This document shows positions 1-13,001 of a stretch of DNA of 64,000 nt, in pieces. The notes beneath the pieces are model-generated. The model made no database searches. It saw nothing but the letters and a program-made list of their open reading frames with translations, and was not told the origin of the DNA. Positions within the stretch are counted from its first letter, which is position 1. Every line of letters begins with the position of its first letter. The stretch is from positions 53,286,723-53,350,722 of the forward strand of contig NC_068996.1 of the NCBI RefSeq assembly GCF_001194135.2. The letters are read 5' to 3'. This stretch comes from Octopus bimaculoides. Taxonomy: Eukaryota. A program made the translations under genes and the position numbers.

Positions 1-500
1 TCCTGGTGCGGCCAGAGTATAAAGGTGTCATCAACATATCGCAGTCATAGGGTTGGTTTTAGTGGTGTTGATCCTAAAGCCAAATTCTCAAAGTATTCCA
101 TGTATATATTGGCTATTATTGGAGATAAGGGCAAACCCATAAGTAAACCCTCCTCTTGTCGATATATATCAGAATCCATACTGAAATAGGTAGTTTCTAC
201 ACAGAAGGTCAACATTTCCATCAAGTTCCTTATTGCTATACTAGTGCGGTCTTTTAGATGGGTGTCTGTCACTACTTTGCTTTTGAATCACCGATAGTGC
301 TTCACCAGTTGGGACTTTGGTGAACAGACTTATCACATCTACATTCACCATCACGCTGGATTCAATGGGGGTATCTTTGATCAATTCTGTGAAGTGGGTG
401 GAATATCTGTTGAATACAGTTTCTTAAAACTGTATTCCATTGAAACAGTCTTTTTGCTCATGTTTTGCCTCCAACTCAGCAACACTTCAAATTCCACATC
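1..500 (-). mobile_element. Penelope-like element reverse transcriptase fragment (inactive)
   Basis: Minus-strand translation DVISLFTKVP...YRQEEGLLMGLPLSPIIANIYME...L*LRYVDDTFILWPH, with a stop replacing W. Confidence 0.85.
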
Positions 501-646
501 ATGTGCTAATCATCAGAGAAAATGGTTTAAAAAAACAAACTAAAAAGCATAATTATGTAATTCATATTAAAAAAAGTCCTACAAGCAAGTTTATTTTTAA
601 TCAATTGGATAATTTGAAGAGCTTTTATTTTATATTATAACATGAT

Positions 647-866
647 TTAACCTCTTAGCGTTTAAGCTAGTCATATCCAGCCAAAATATTCTGTTTTAAT
701 GTTCAAACTGGCCAGATTTGGCTTCTCGTTATCTCTGCTACAATGCCTTTTTAAAAATAAGTATCATTGAAACCTGAAAGCTATAAGATAAAGGAACATT
801 ATTTCAAAACAAAGTGAATAAATAAGCATTACATTTGACAGAATAATCTAAAATCTAAAGGATTAA
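647..866 (+). mobile_element. TTAA-flanked MITE (piggyBac-like ends, family E)
   Basis: TTAACCCTTTAGCATT...AATGCTAAAGGGTTAA-type ends. Copies at 647, about 10075 (half), 17458-17672, 23132 (half), 28852-29075 and 49522-50087. Confidence 0.75.
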
Positions 867-975
867 ACATCAATTTAATTCCTATGGATAATAAGTAGGA
901 TCACTAATTTGGATTGCTAAAATACTCGTTTCATATTTCTAGTTAATCAAACAATGTGGGTGAATATCAACTTAC

Positions 976-1113
976 CAGAATCCTTCTTTTAAAGATTCCT
1001 TCAAGACGTTTCCATCTGAATATTGTTCCACAACAGCTGTATTTCTCAGCATGTCATCTTGGTCATTAGAAGGTAATGGTGGGAAATCCGGTGCTGCTCC
1101 ACATAAAACTTGA
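976..1113 (-). CDS. SETD1: SETD1 coding exon 11 (SQVLCGAAPDFPPLPSNDQDDMLRN...LKEGF)
   Basis: CATTTTAG acceptor, GTAAGT donor, 138 nt. Only the phase-2 frame required by exon 10 is open. Confidence 0.78.
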
Positions 1114-2403
1114 CTAAAATGGACAAATAATTAGGTTTTGTTGAAATTTGATAAACATGTGGGGATCACCTTACTCCTCTCCATACTGGTATTTCCATTC
1201 AACTGCCCTTCCATCCATGTTCATCACTCACTATATTCACCTCTGCCTCTGATCTTTAATCTTCTTATGAAAATATCTACATCCCATGACCCACTGTTGC
1301 TATCCTCTCTTATACTCATCCTCTTGTACCTTGACAGTTTTCTCCAGCATCCCATTACTACCTTCCTTTTATATCCTTCAGCCACATATCTCCTCTATAG
1401 CAAGACATCTGTGCTTGTACCTCTATCTTATGATCACCTTTTTGTACCTTGAAAGTTTACTCCAGCACTCCATACCTTTTACCTCCTTCAGCCATGTATC
1501 TCCTCTATCTTGCTTTAACCTTTCAACACTTGGTATAAAATTACCTTTTCTCCTCTCGAATATTTCCCACTAAGTAATGAAAGCTTTTGCCTTTTCCTTT
1601 TTCCTGTTCTTTTTCTGTCTAGCGAGTTATGTGGCGACCTCACTAGATCCAGTTTTCATTATCAATTAAGGCACCCAGTACACACTGTAAAGTATGGGCA
1701 TCCAGCCATACAAACCACTGGAGCCTGACATGGACTTGTGACTCGCTAGATCCTGTCAAATCATCCAACCCATGCCAGCATGGAAAGCTGACATATGACG
1801 ATGAATACTTGAGCATGAAAAATGTACCTATAGAGATCTTTTATTGCTATAGTCTTCCCTCAAATTCTTTAAAGAACTGAAACTCTATTAATGACATTTT
1901 ACTTTGACTTTGAATGTACTTCTACTTGGCAAATGGTTTCTCTAAGAATTGTTTAAAGTTTATTATGATCACATTTCATGGAGGTTCACCAATATTTCTT
2001 GTGGTGGCATCATGAACAGATTCTATATTACTGATAGTTTAGAGATTAATTCCAAGAATATTTTCCTACAGATGGTCACCGTGCTTCTTCCACTCCTTCC
2101 AAACTATGTTTCTGCTATATTACTAATAGGGTTCCTTAAGAAGCAAACAACACAGTGCTCCCAATTGCTGATTGGTTATCTCCTTGCACTGCACAGTTCC
2201 CTACGCAAAGAAAGGTGAGCAATACAGATACTATGCACCATGCATTAATTCTTTTAATGTATTAATTGGTCCACCTCAATGTGCTGCACAGGCTGGTATT
2301 TTATGGTTGGATACTATGCTACACTGTAACCTTTTCAATAAACCATTACATATATGAGTGCACAGTATGATCTTGAGCTTGAAAGTGACAGTATAATCCA
2401 GAC

Positions 2404-3915
2404 CAGTGGTTCTCAACCAGGGCAATTTTTGTTATAAACTAGTTATACTGGATCTGTTCAGTTTTGCTCACAGATTTTTTAATTATTTATTTTTAACTAA
2501 ACAGTTTGAAACTTTGTATACTGGTATAATTTCCCCTGCTGAACATAGTTTACTTTGAACATTTTTGACAAAATTTCATATTTTAGAAGTTATTTCATGT
2601 TGAAGACGATGTATTGGGGGTAATTTTAACCAATCAATGACATGTATTCCGTTAAAGAAAGCTACTGCTGTTTGCAATAGTAATCGAAGAGGAACAATTT
2701 CCAGGTTATCTCTACTAAATGTCACCACTCTGTTCTATTCGTATGTCAGACAAAGGGCGAAGGGAAAGTGTTGCTCCTTGGTCATAGCTGACACAAAAGA
2801 GAAGTTTTCCACTGCAAGAAAGACGATGCCACCTTTATCCTTTCTAGTCAGCATTGTGCATTCCTTACTCTTTCCNNNNNNNNNNNNNNNNNNNNNNNNN
2901 NNNNNNNNNNNNNNNNNNNNNNNNNNNNNNNNNNNNNNNNNNNNNNNNNNNNNNNNNNNNNNNNNNNNNNNNNNNNNNNNNNNNNNNNNNNNNNNNNNNN
3001 NNNCCTGGAAGAAAAATCATATTTGTTTTATCTTCATGCTTTGATAATGTTATTTTTAATCTAATAAAAACTTTTATAGTGAAGAAATGTTTTTGTTGCT
3101 GATAAAAATCATAACAACAACCATACATCTCGTATTTGTAAAATAAGGCATTTTGAAACTACAAACACGTCAACAACAAAAAAGCTAGGTGCAGACTTGT
3201 AGATCTCTTGGTCTTTTGAACATCGGTGTGCTTTATGTGTGGATAAAAACCAAATTTTTCCCCAAATTCAGCCCTGCGGCTTAAATACCAATGCGTTTTA
3301 TAGACTGGAAAATAGGGTACTGCTGTATCGCTAACTACATGTCGGGCAAACAAATAAATATATGTAAATAATATTTCTTCCTTCTTGGTATTGATTCTTT
3401 GAGGTTTACTGATTACTCCAACACGAGAACCCCCCACAAAAACATGTAATATGCAACACAGGCAGTAAACAAAAAATAAAATAGAACAGAGTGGTGACAT
3501 TTTAGTAGAGATGACCTGGAAGTTGTTCCTCTTTGATTACTATTGCAAACAGCAGTAGCTTCCTTCAACTGAATGCACTTTAACACAAAATAACTTCTAA
3601 AATACTAAATTTTGTCAAAAATGTTGAAAGTAAACCATGTTGAGAGTGAGAAATTACACCAGTATATGAAGTTTCAAACTGTTTAGTTAAAAAAAAAAAT
3701 AATTGAAAAATCTGTGAGTGAAACTGAACAGATCTGTTATACTTCTAAAATACACAAAACATTAAAATTTTCTTTTAATAAAATTCCTAACAATATTTAA
3801 TTATAAAGGTATAATACGATTTTTCAAACACTGAATGGCTATGGGGTAGGTGGACCCGTCTACGTAAACTAGGAACCAATGGGGTCTATAAGTCAAAAGT
3901 GGTTGAGAAGCACTG
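2404..3915. mobile_element. Non-autonomous hAT-like element
   Basis: TIRs CAGTGGTTCTCAACC / GGTTGAGAAGCACTG. Subterminal inverted repeat GATCTGTTCAGTT..CTCACAGATTTT (about 2450 vs 3710). No clean 8-bp TSD. Confidence 0.55.
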
Positions 3916-4378
3916 ATTAAATGGATTTGCAGATGACACATACCAGAGTTCAATTCACTCAGGAATTAAACAAAAACAGTTACTTCGATGAAAATAGATC
4001 TTTAAAATCTCTTCTATCAGGGATGCAAAAAAAAAAAAATCTTGCTCAAGAGCACTAAAATGAAAAGATATCTCAAAGAAACAAATCCACAAAAGTTTAT
4101 TCCTTATTCTTTTACTTCTTTTATTGGCTTCAGTGACTAGACTGGGCCATGCTGGGGCACTACTGTCAAGAGCATTTTTAAAAGTCCTCCACTCAGCTCA
4201 TTTGTGTTGTGTTGTAATTGACAAAAGTGAGATATGATAATTTAGTTAGGTGCAAAATATTTTGTTTTTCTCAGGACAGCTACATCCACATCAACGTAAG
4301 AAATATAAAGTCTAGTGAAGATTGTATTATATTCTAGCTTAATTTTAAACCTTAAAAACAAAATGTTTAGAACAATAC

Positions 4379-4586
4379 CTTTCTGCTTTTCTGATCTTTT
4401 CCTCCTCCTCATCCTCCTCCTCCTCCTCTTCATCCTCTTCTTCACTTCCTTCTTCAGATGATTCAGAAGACTCTTCTGATACATCATCAGTGTCTTCTTC
4501 AGTGCTCTCTTCACTACCATCATCATCATCATCGTCGTCATCATCTTCATCATCGTCATCATCATCGTCATCATCATCATCTGAAG
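4379..4586 (-). CDS. SETD1: SETD1 coding exon 10, poly-acidic (D11-E-D9...EEEE KIRKAE)
   Basis: TTGTAG acceptor (alternative CAG 6 nt downstream), GTATTG donor, 208 nt. An acidic stretch is typical of SETD1 middle regions. Confidence 0.85.
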
Positions 4587-5439
4587 CTACAAATGTTCAT
4601 AGAATATAGCAGCATACTACCAACAACTGTACTGTAAGCCATAACAAAAATATAACTGCCATATTCAATTGAGATTAATACACACTATTTTACCAAAATT
4701 TCAAACCTGAAAATTAAGCACCACATCATACTCAGAAACAATATGTTATTTTCCTCATTTCCTAGTGCATGGTCATCCATGTAAAGTGAAAGGAAGTTAT
4801 AAATTTTGTCCAAGCTGATAAATTACAAAGAGTTTAAAATCACTATAATAATGTTACCTTTTCTTAAGATTGTGATAATACAACATAAGAAATCATATTG
4901 GTCATTTAGTACTATAGGTCTATACAAGATACTTTCTTGAGACGAATACCACAGTTGTGTGGCTTTCTACAGTATATCCATGTTAAGTATGATGTACAGA
5001 ATGCTATTCTGAACCAATACCGCTTTCGTCATTAATGACAAATTTTTGCCCAGCCCACCAGCTATTTGCAGTACCAGTGATTTGTTAATCATTGTTTTTC
5101 TATATCAATAGAAACTAAATTTGTCTAAATGTGGTTGCTCATGGATGCTTGCTACTGATGATATGCAAACACACAGAAATCCAGATTTAACAATCCCACT
5201 GCATAATTTCCATCTGCTACTGATACATTATTTTGCTGTGTAGCACTTTACATCTATATGAGGTGTTTTCTCAAGAGGAATACTGCAGCTGTGTGGTTTT
5301 CTACCAGTTACCCATCTTAAGATAGATAGAATGCTATTTTGAAATTACATTTCTTTTTCCATCGCTAATAACAAAACATCAAAAAGATACAGAAGCAAAA
5401 TGTAAAACTGATATGAAAACAACGAAAGGCTGACATGTA

Positions 5440-6290
5440 TGGACAAAGTTATGGAAGTAACAGAAAAAGTTTTCAGCAGACTTGATTAAGAAGAGAATTC
5501 ACTTTGATGATGATCTTATGGCAGGGTTTGTAGAAGATTTAAAAAATTCCATATGTAGAAACAAAACTTAGAATCAAAATATCTCAGGGTAAACTTATCA
5601 TAAGGTTTAGTAAGAAGATAGTCAGGGAAATTGTTGTGCTCAATCTGTAGAAAAAATTCCACAGTGTGCCCTACATGATCTATGGATGCACAGAGCTATA
5701 GGGAAATCAAAGGCAGGGTGACAGTGAATAAAGACTTTACCTGTGGTAGATATACAGGAGTGAGGCCTCAGAGAAGTAGTAAAGTGAATTCTTTGCAAGG
5801 CTTAGAGAGCTTCTATAGTGGGGAGAAGGTGTACGGAAAGCAGAGTTATTAGAATAAGCATAGGAGGGAAAGTTCAAAAAGTTAATAAGGAGAGGTAATA
5901 CAATCCTTGAGATAATACCTTTGAACAAAAGATAGACTGTAAGATGAAGTGTTATGTTGCATAGTAGTGAGATATGGGAGTGGCTGCTGATGCCAGGAAC
6001 TTAATGAGGCAGACATCATTCACTAAACATGTAATGTTGCTGTGCATCAACACCAAGGAATAAATGAACTGAAGTGGTATGGACATGTAATGTGTATGGG
6101 GATGGTGAGAGGTGGGTGTAAAAGTGCAAGAAGATCCATGTGGAAGGATCCCATGGAAAGAGGAAACCAATGAAGACATAAACAGAAGTGGTGAGTGCAG
6201 ATCTCAGAAAGCTGAACCTCACAAAAGGATGTGCTGGGATACAGTGGTGGAGAGGACTAGCCCAACCAATAAAAACATTGAAAAAAAGGA
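5440..6290 (+). mobile_element. Decayed RTE-like 3' fragment
   Basis: Contains the LRWYGHVM-like block (ctgaagtggtatggacatgta). Related remnants at about 51370-51700 (+), 8420-9000, 18750-19190 and 40670-41450 (-). Confidence 0.5.
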
Positions 6291-6385
6291 AAATTATAAT
6301 CTTCCTCTTTATCCTCAAGGAGGAGGAGGAGCTGACATTGATGATCCTTTCAAACAAATTATGGTATATTTAACAATATCCTTAC

Positions 6386-6478
6386 CATCAGATTTCTCAT
6401 CTTCACTCGCAGATTCTTCACCACTGCCAAAATGCTTCTTTTTCAATAGAGATTGACAAACAATATTATTATCGTCAT
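6386..6478 (-). CDS. SETD1: SETD1 coding exon 9 (DDDNNIVCQSLLKKKHFGSGEESASEDEKSD)
   Basis: TTTCTTTCAG acceptor, GTAAGG donor, 93 nt, phase 1-1. Confidence 0.82.
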
Positions 6479-7571
6479 CTGAAAGAAAAGATGCAAACAT
6501 TTTTTTGCAATTGTAGATTTACAATTAAATATCTTTTATGCTAAAAATTGGGAAAAAAATACAGCAATTGTATCTTTCAGCTTACAAAAGAACAATATTA
6601 AATCTTAAATGTCCTACATAGTTTCCTTATTCGATTTACTATTAATGCTTGTACCACTTTTTGTATTTGCCTCTTTGTTGATTTTACTAAATGCAGGCTC
6701 ACACTATCTATTATATTTGGGTTTCAAAAACTCCTCTCAGTTATGCTACACCTCTTTCATTTTGTTGTTAGTCAGAACAAGTGCATGATGTCTTTTGACA
6801 AAATAAAGTCCTGAATCATCATGGTTTCTATTCTGAATTATTTCATGGGTCTTATTCTTACAGCGTAGATATTCAAAAATAAATCCTCTATGCTCTGTGT
6901 ATTTTCAAGCTAAATAAACCATAACATTTACTTTTATCTTGGTACAACTCTTCTCCATATTTTTTTCCTCTTCTTCCATGGACAGTCAGATATTCCCTAT
7001 AATTTGAACTGCTTCTCTAATCCATGTGTGGCTTTGTTCATAGAATTTCTAAGTAGTTTCCGGACACTTGCAGTTTAAGGAGAAAACCTCTATGGCTATT
7101 TTGAAATTGACTTTTACAAAATCATTTTCCATATTTTCCTTTTGCCAGTTCTTGAAACCTGGGTTCTAACTTCAATACATTAGTAAACGAGCTAAGCTAG
7201 AATCCAGGTAAGATTTTACTTCAATGTTTATCTTATAACAAAGGACGAACACTACAAATAATAATTTGAATTCTTTAGATTCTTTGGTAGTAGTTGTGAC
7301 TTCAAAGTGTTGGCAGTTTTCCTTTTGTATCTTCTTGAACTTGTAGCAATATGTAATCAATAGCAACCTCGTCAATGATGTTTCAAAATGGTGAGGTCAA
7401 TGGCACATCATTCTCTATTCAAAATGACTAAAAAATACCATTTTTGTGAAATTAAAAGAATTTACTAAACCAAAGGATGTTCCTAACGTCATTCAACACA
7501 TTTGTTCACATTCAAGAATTACTCCTTTGACAGGAGTACCAAACAGCTGAAATTCATAGATTATATGCACA

Positions 7572-7750
7572 GGTATAGCTGTGAGGTAATAGGTTTGCTT
7601 CCCAACTACATGGTTCCAGGTTCAGTCTCACTGCATGGCAACTTGGTCACGTGTCTTCTACAATAGCACCAGGTCAACCAAAGCCTTGTGAGTAGATTTG
7701 GTTTACAGAAACTGAAAGAAGCTTGTCATGTGTCTGTCTGCCTGTCTCCC
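7572..7750 (+). mobile_element. tRNA-derived SINE (family A), 5' half
   Basis: Head CACATGGTTCCAGGTTCAGTC...AAACTGAAAGAAGC. Further partial copies at about 10965, 12110, 31845, 48135, 48745 and 52920. Confidence 0.75.
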
Positions 7751-8064
7751 ACCATTACTTTTTTTCCCCCTAAAGGAAGGGGAACTTTTTGTTGCAAATA
7801 GACTCATGTAGAAAAGTAATTAATACCAACCAGTGTGAAACTCTACTAGTAATTAAGTACAAACTTCCTATTTTAAAGTAATCTAATTTAAAAAAAAAAA
7901 AAACATCCACTAAAATTTAATATTAGTTTATATTTCAAACACCAGCTTAATTATTTTTACAAAACTGATTATTTTCAAAATTAATTGAAATCTCAGGGCA
8001 GTGTTAGTTTATCTGAAATATGGTAAGAAAATGGGCTAAATATTTAAAGATTAAATGGTTTTAC

Positions 8065-8158
8065 CAGAATCATCTTCAGCATTTGATGCAAATGATTCAG
8101 CTGCTTTACTGTCTTCATCATCAGGAGGTGGTGGAGATGGTGGGCGGAACACTTTTTT
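8065..8158 (-). CDS. SETD1: SETD1 coding exon 8 (KKVFRPPSPPPPDDEDSKAAESFASNAEDDS)
   Basis: TTCCAACAG acceptor, GTAAAA donor, 94 nt, open in phase 0. Confidence 0.85.
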
Positions 8159-9646
8159 CTGTTGGAAGTAGAAACAGGACATCAAATTGCATCATTAATA
8201 AAAACAACAAAGAAAGAATCTGACAAGACATGCAAGGTTTTATCAGAGGAGAGCAGGAAGAATGCCAGGACACACAAGAATTCCAGTGCATCCTACAAAA
8301 ATTGCAGTGTTTTACAATTTTTCCATGAAAGAAAATACTTCATAATTTTTTCTTAAAGAAACCTAGGCCTCCTAGAGGGAATGACAAAGGACTAGGATCA
8401 TTGGAAGTTAGATATCTTTGAATACTGTTCTCCTTTTGTTACCACTTTTAATGTTTTTCTTGCTTATCCATTCATATTGTTCCCTCTGCCCACATGTTAC
8501 ACTGATCATGACTCCTCTTTATGAACAAATCATCTCCCCTCATGCACAATGTCTGCCTCTCCTCCCACCACTCATCTCTCTCCTCTCTCTTGTATTCTCC
8601 CTGTCAACTGTATCGTCTTAACTATCCTGATAATCTCTCCCCCACTCTCTTCTGCATCCCTCTACCTCCTCCAACTCATCATCCATCAACTTTTGTCTAC
8701 CCACCTTACATCCACACATCAACAACCTATCCTATACCCCCCCCTTCTCTCATTTCCCCTTTCTCTTACACCTCCCAGACCCACACACCTAGTTCCACTG
8801 TTCCCGCTCACTTCTACTCATCTCATACCTCCAAGGGACACCTCACCACCACTATTTATTTCCTTGCAGCCCTCTCTCTCTCTTCCGAGTGTGAGTAGCT
8901 AAGTACCTCGTCTACAACAAGAACCTGGTCTGCTCCTACTTGATACTTTTCTAACTCTTCATCTAGCATAAAGCTGATACCCACCTTCTCAGAATTTCAA
9001 GTTTTGCATGTTATTTGGCAACCTCACTAGTGTTGATGGCATGACAAAAAAGCACCCAGTACATGCTGTAAAGTGAATAACAGTAGAAAGATCATCCAAC
9101 TACAGAAACAATGCCAAAGCAGATTCTGGAGCATGATGCATTCCTTGGGGGCCACCCTATGCTGTGAAACCATCCAAACCATGCCAACACGAAACATGGA
9201 TGTTAAATGATATCGATAATATAATGATGATCTGATAATTTAGATTTCTCAAAAAATGCTCTATTTTCAAATTTACCTCAATTTTGATTATTTTGGAAAA
9301 AAAAAAAAAAAAACTTGTAATTTTAATTTACCTGTAAGGTGACAAATTCTGCTAATGTATAGTGGTTCCTTTCATCTCTATGGCACGTATTCTTAATTTA
9401 GTAGTTTTCTTCAAACATTTTAACAAATTCCAGTATTTTATACTATTTTACTATTATGTGTACTTGTCTATATGTATTCCAAATCAGTTAGAAATTCATT
9501 GATGTTCTATACTACAATTATGTTTCTTTTTTTTAATTGTTTTGAATATTGGGCTAGTAGCTCATTTTACATATTGATACCTAATCCAAAAGTTTAACTA
9601 TTTGCAATAATATCGAGAACAAATTAAGAAAAGAGAACCAATTTAC

Positions 9647-9898
9647 CTTAAAAGAGGGCATTCTAGGCATCACACCTCGGATTCCAAGAAATCCACCACC
9701 GTGCGTACCATTATAATGTCCTTCAAATCCTCCATCTTGTCGCCAGGGATGTTGTGTTTCAAATAAAGATGCTAATGCTGAATTAACTTCATTCTTTGAT
9801 GAAATTTGATTAGCCGTCTGTGGTAAATTATTTGGTTTTGTGTTTTTAACAGGAGAATCTTTAATTAAAGGTACCTTCTCATTTTGGTTATTTTCTTT
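9647..9898 (-). CDS. SETD1: SETD1 coding exon 7 (KENNQNEK...GFLGIRGVMPRMPSFK)
   Basis: TTTCAG acceptor, GTAAAT donor, 252 nt, phase 0-0. Ends in the conserved G.G.RG...R.PSFK motif. Confidence 0.9.
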
Positions 9899-10216
9899 CT
9901 GAAACTAAAATATACCAGAAAAATAAGTGGAGATCTTATTCTAACGAAATACTCTGAATAAAATTACAAAATCCTTTCGTGAAACCAGAACAAATCCTGG
10001 TCAAATCTGGGAGAGAATATTTTTAAAATAAGGCAAAAGACATTACTTAAGGTAAGGAATGTGTTGTAATTGCAGCCATTTAACATTTAAACTGACCATA
10101 TCTGGCCAAAATTTTCTTTATGTTCAAATTGACCAGATCTATCCCCTCACGCCTACCCTACAATGTCATTCTAAAAATAAACAACCACAGCATGAAAATC
10201 TCAAAGTTATGGTATA

Positions 10217-10548
10217 CTCTTTTACTCGTTTCAGTCATTTGACTGTGGCCATGCTGGAGCACTGCCTTTAGCCGAACAAACCGACCCCAGGACTTATTCT
10301 ATCGGTCTCTTTTGCCGAACCGCTAAGTTACGGGGACGTAAACACACCAGCATCGGTTGTCAAGCGATGTCNNNNNNNNNNACACACACACACACATACA
10401 TACGACAGGCTTCTTTCATTCTTTCAGTTTCCATCTACCAAATCCACTCACAAGGTTTTGGTTGGCCCGAGGCTATAGTAGAAGACACTTGCCTAAGGTG
10501 CCACGCAGTGGGACTGAACCCGGAACCATGTGGTTGGTTAGCAAGCTA
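10217..10548 (-). mobile_element. tRNA-derived SINE (family A)
   Basis: Same about 370-bp sequence as the copies at 14343, 26519, 27238, 50945 and 62505, with internal (CA)n/(TA)n and a pol III B-box-like GGTTCAGTCCC. Confidence 0.85.
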
Positions 10549-10737
10549 CAAGCATTTCATTTGACCAAGTAATCTGAATGTTGAAGGGTTACGTTTAACT
10601 GAACACAAAACATTACCCACCAATTAGCAATTTTATACACGTTTTCACAGAGGATTCGAAACAAATGATGCCACTTGTATCACAGTAACATTCGTTTCCA
10701 ACGATCACATGATGTCAAGATAAGGAGACACCAACTG

Positions 10738-10791
<54 letters not shown>

Positions 10792-11260
10792 TGGGATCTT
10801 ATTCTAAGCATAAAATACTAAGTTGTCATCTAATCTGGAACAGAAAATTTTAAAGAATGCCAATCAAAGAGAAATAAGATTTTGCTAGATTTATTTAATG
10901 TTAGTATTAAGCTTCATTTAAGATTGCTTTAAAGTAATCTTAAAACTAATATTCTTCCACATTTGCTGACCAAAGCCTTGTGGGTAGAATTGGTAAATAG
11001 AAACTGAAAGAAGACTGTCATATACATGTATGTATGTGTGGGTGTGTGTGTGTGTTGATATCTCATCATCCTGATATCATGATTGTTGTAAACAAGGGCC
11101 ACTTTCTTCCATGAAAAACATGTCTGGCCATAAGAAAATATTGCCCTGCTTGCAAGTAGGTAAAGGTTGGCAGCAGGAAGGGCATCCAGTTGAAGAAAAT
11201 TTGCCTCTACAAATTCCAACAAACACATGTAAGCATGAATAAGTGTACATTAAGATGACA

Positions 11261-11291
<31 letters not shown>

Positions 11292-11744
11292 ATTTCATGT
11301 TTTACATTGTTTTTACACTTTTCCCTTGTCATTTCTAAATCCTGATTTTGTGCTCTTGAATTGCCTAAAACAGTTTTCAAGTATTCATATATTTTTTCCT
11401 TTCAAAATCAAATCGCATTAGTTTCACTCAGTAAAGACCTGCTTCCTCTAAACTCTTTTGCACCCTGTTTTTTTTTTCTTGTGACGAAGATCACCATCAT
11501 CATCATCATTTGTCTCCCACTTTTCCATGCTTGCATTGATCAATCAGAATTTGCTGAGGTAGGTTTCCTGCAACTGAATGCTCTTTCTGTCACCAACCCT
11601 CACCTGTTACAAAGCAAGCTAACATTTCTCCATCACCCGACATACTTTTCACAAAAGACCAGAAATTAACAGCACTTCAATGTTTACAACCACAACATGA
11701 TGTCAACACAAGAGTGTACATGCACACACACATGTATGTATCCT

Positions 11745-11799
<55 letters not shown>

Positions 11800-12109
11800 N
11801 NNNNNNNNNNNNNNNNNNNNNNNNNNNNNNNNNNNNNNNNNNNNNNNNNNNNNNNNNNNNNNNNNNNNNNNNNNNNNNNNNNNNNNNNNNNNNNNNNNNN
11901 NNNNNNNNNNNNNNNNNNNNNNNNNNNNNNNNNNNNNNNNNNNNNNNNNNNNNNNNNNNNNNNNNNNNNNNNNNNNNNNNNNNNNNNNNNNNNNNNNNNN
12001 NNNNNNNNNNNNNNNNNNNNNNNNNNNNNNNNNNNNNNNNNNNNNNNNNNNNNNNNNNNNNNNNNNNNNNNNNNNNNNNNNNNNNNNNNNNNNNNNNNNN
12101 NNNNNNNNN
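11800..12109. other. Assembly gap (others at 2876-3003, about 10372, 23263, 31426, 33581-33680, 54762)
   Basis: Runs of N. Confidence 1.
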
Positions 12110-12393
12110 GAGCCCAGACCAGTGCCATAGAAGACACTCGCCCAAAGTGCTGTGCATTGGGACTGAACCTGAGTCCACATGGTTAGGAAGCAAGCTTTTT
12201 AGCCATAAAGCTACACATGCATCTTTAAATATCAATAAGAAAAATTAAATTAAAAAAAAAAAACTAAAGCTCTTTCTGTTTCCCAATTCCTGCCAGCAAT
12301 TTACGCAATTTATAAATTTAGTGATTAAACCATTTTGTATAACAGTATGTTTAATGATCTGTTATAGTTTATTACAACTTTGTGTGAACACAC

Positions 12394-12430
<37 letters not shown>

Positions 12431-12584
12431 GACAATATTACTTGCATTAGAAGAAGTACTTCAATAAGTGAAAATACAGCTGTCATCTTCCTCCTCGCAT
12501 CCAACAGTTCATATTGAACCAATCAATTCATTTCCATCCAACAGAAACACTGTTCTTGTATTTAACATATAAAGCGTGACGGAC

Positions 12585-12699
12585 CATGATTGTGGCCATC
12601 AGGCATAGGTCAACAGGTCATGATTGTGGCCATCAGGTATAGGTCAACAGGTCATGATTGTAGCTGTCAGGCATAGGTCGACAGGCGATGATCGTGGCC
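12585..12699. repeat. 34-bp minisatellite, about 3.4 copies
   Basis: CATGATTGTGGCCATCAGGCATAGGTCAACAGGT at 12585, 12619 and 12653, partial at 12687. Confidence 0.9.
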
Positions 12700-13001
12700 C
12701 AGATAGATGCATTTAATTTACGGACACTTGTTGGGGTCTAATGTCAATCAAATGCTCCGATATCCCCCAGAATGCAAGAGGACCAATAGTTCAACTAATG
12801 ACTTTTCGGATGATGTAAAACTTGTCACCATTATATACTAAGAAGATATTTAAACTATTTTTTTGCTTTTTATGTGTGCACGGTAGTTCTCATTTTCATA
12901 AAATGTGCTCAGCAGTCCATGCTACGTAAGAGCAAATCCCAGCGCTTTATAAGTTAATGCCAAAATCTCACTACCATGCAGCAGCAGCATCTTTATACAT
13001 A

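Noticed and set aside
6112-6456. 114-aa plus-strand ORF with a GGGG run
   Set aside because: Chance fusion of a decayed RTE tail and the antisense of SETD1 exon 9.
11677-12248. Several 140-180 aa ORFs in the track (also 33475-33860, 40363-40700, 63346-63660)
   Set aside because: Produced by N runs and (TA)n/(CA)n microsatellites; not genes.
12585-12699. Regular repeats resembling a CRISPR array (also 42019-42210)
   Set aside because: Head-to-tail units with no unique spacers, in a eukaryotic intron.
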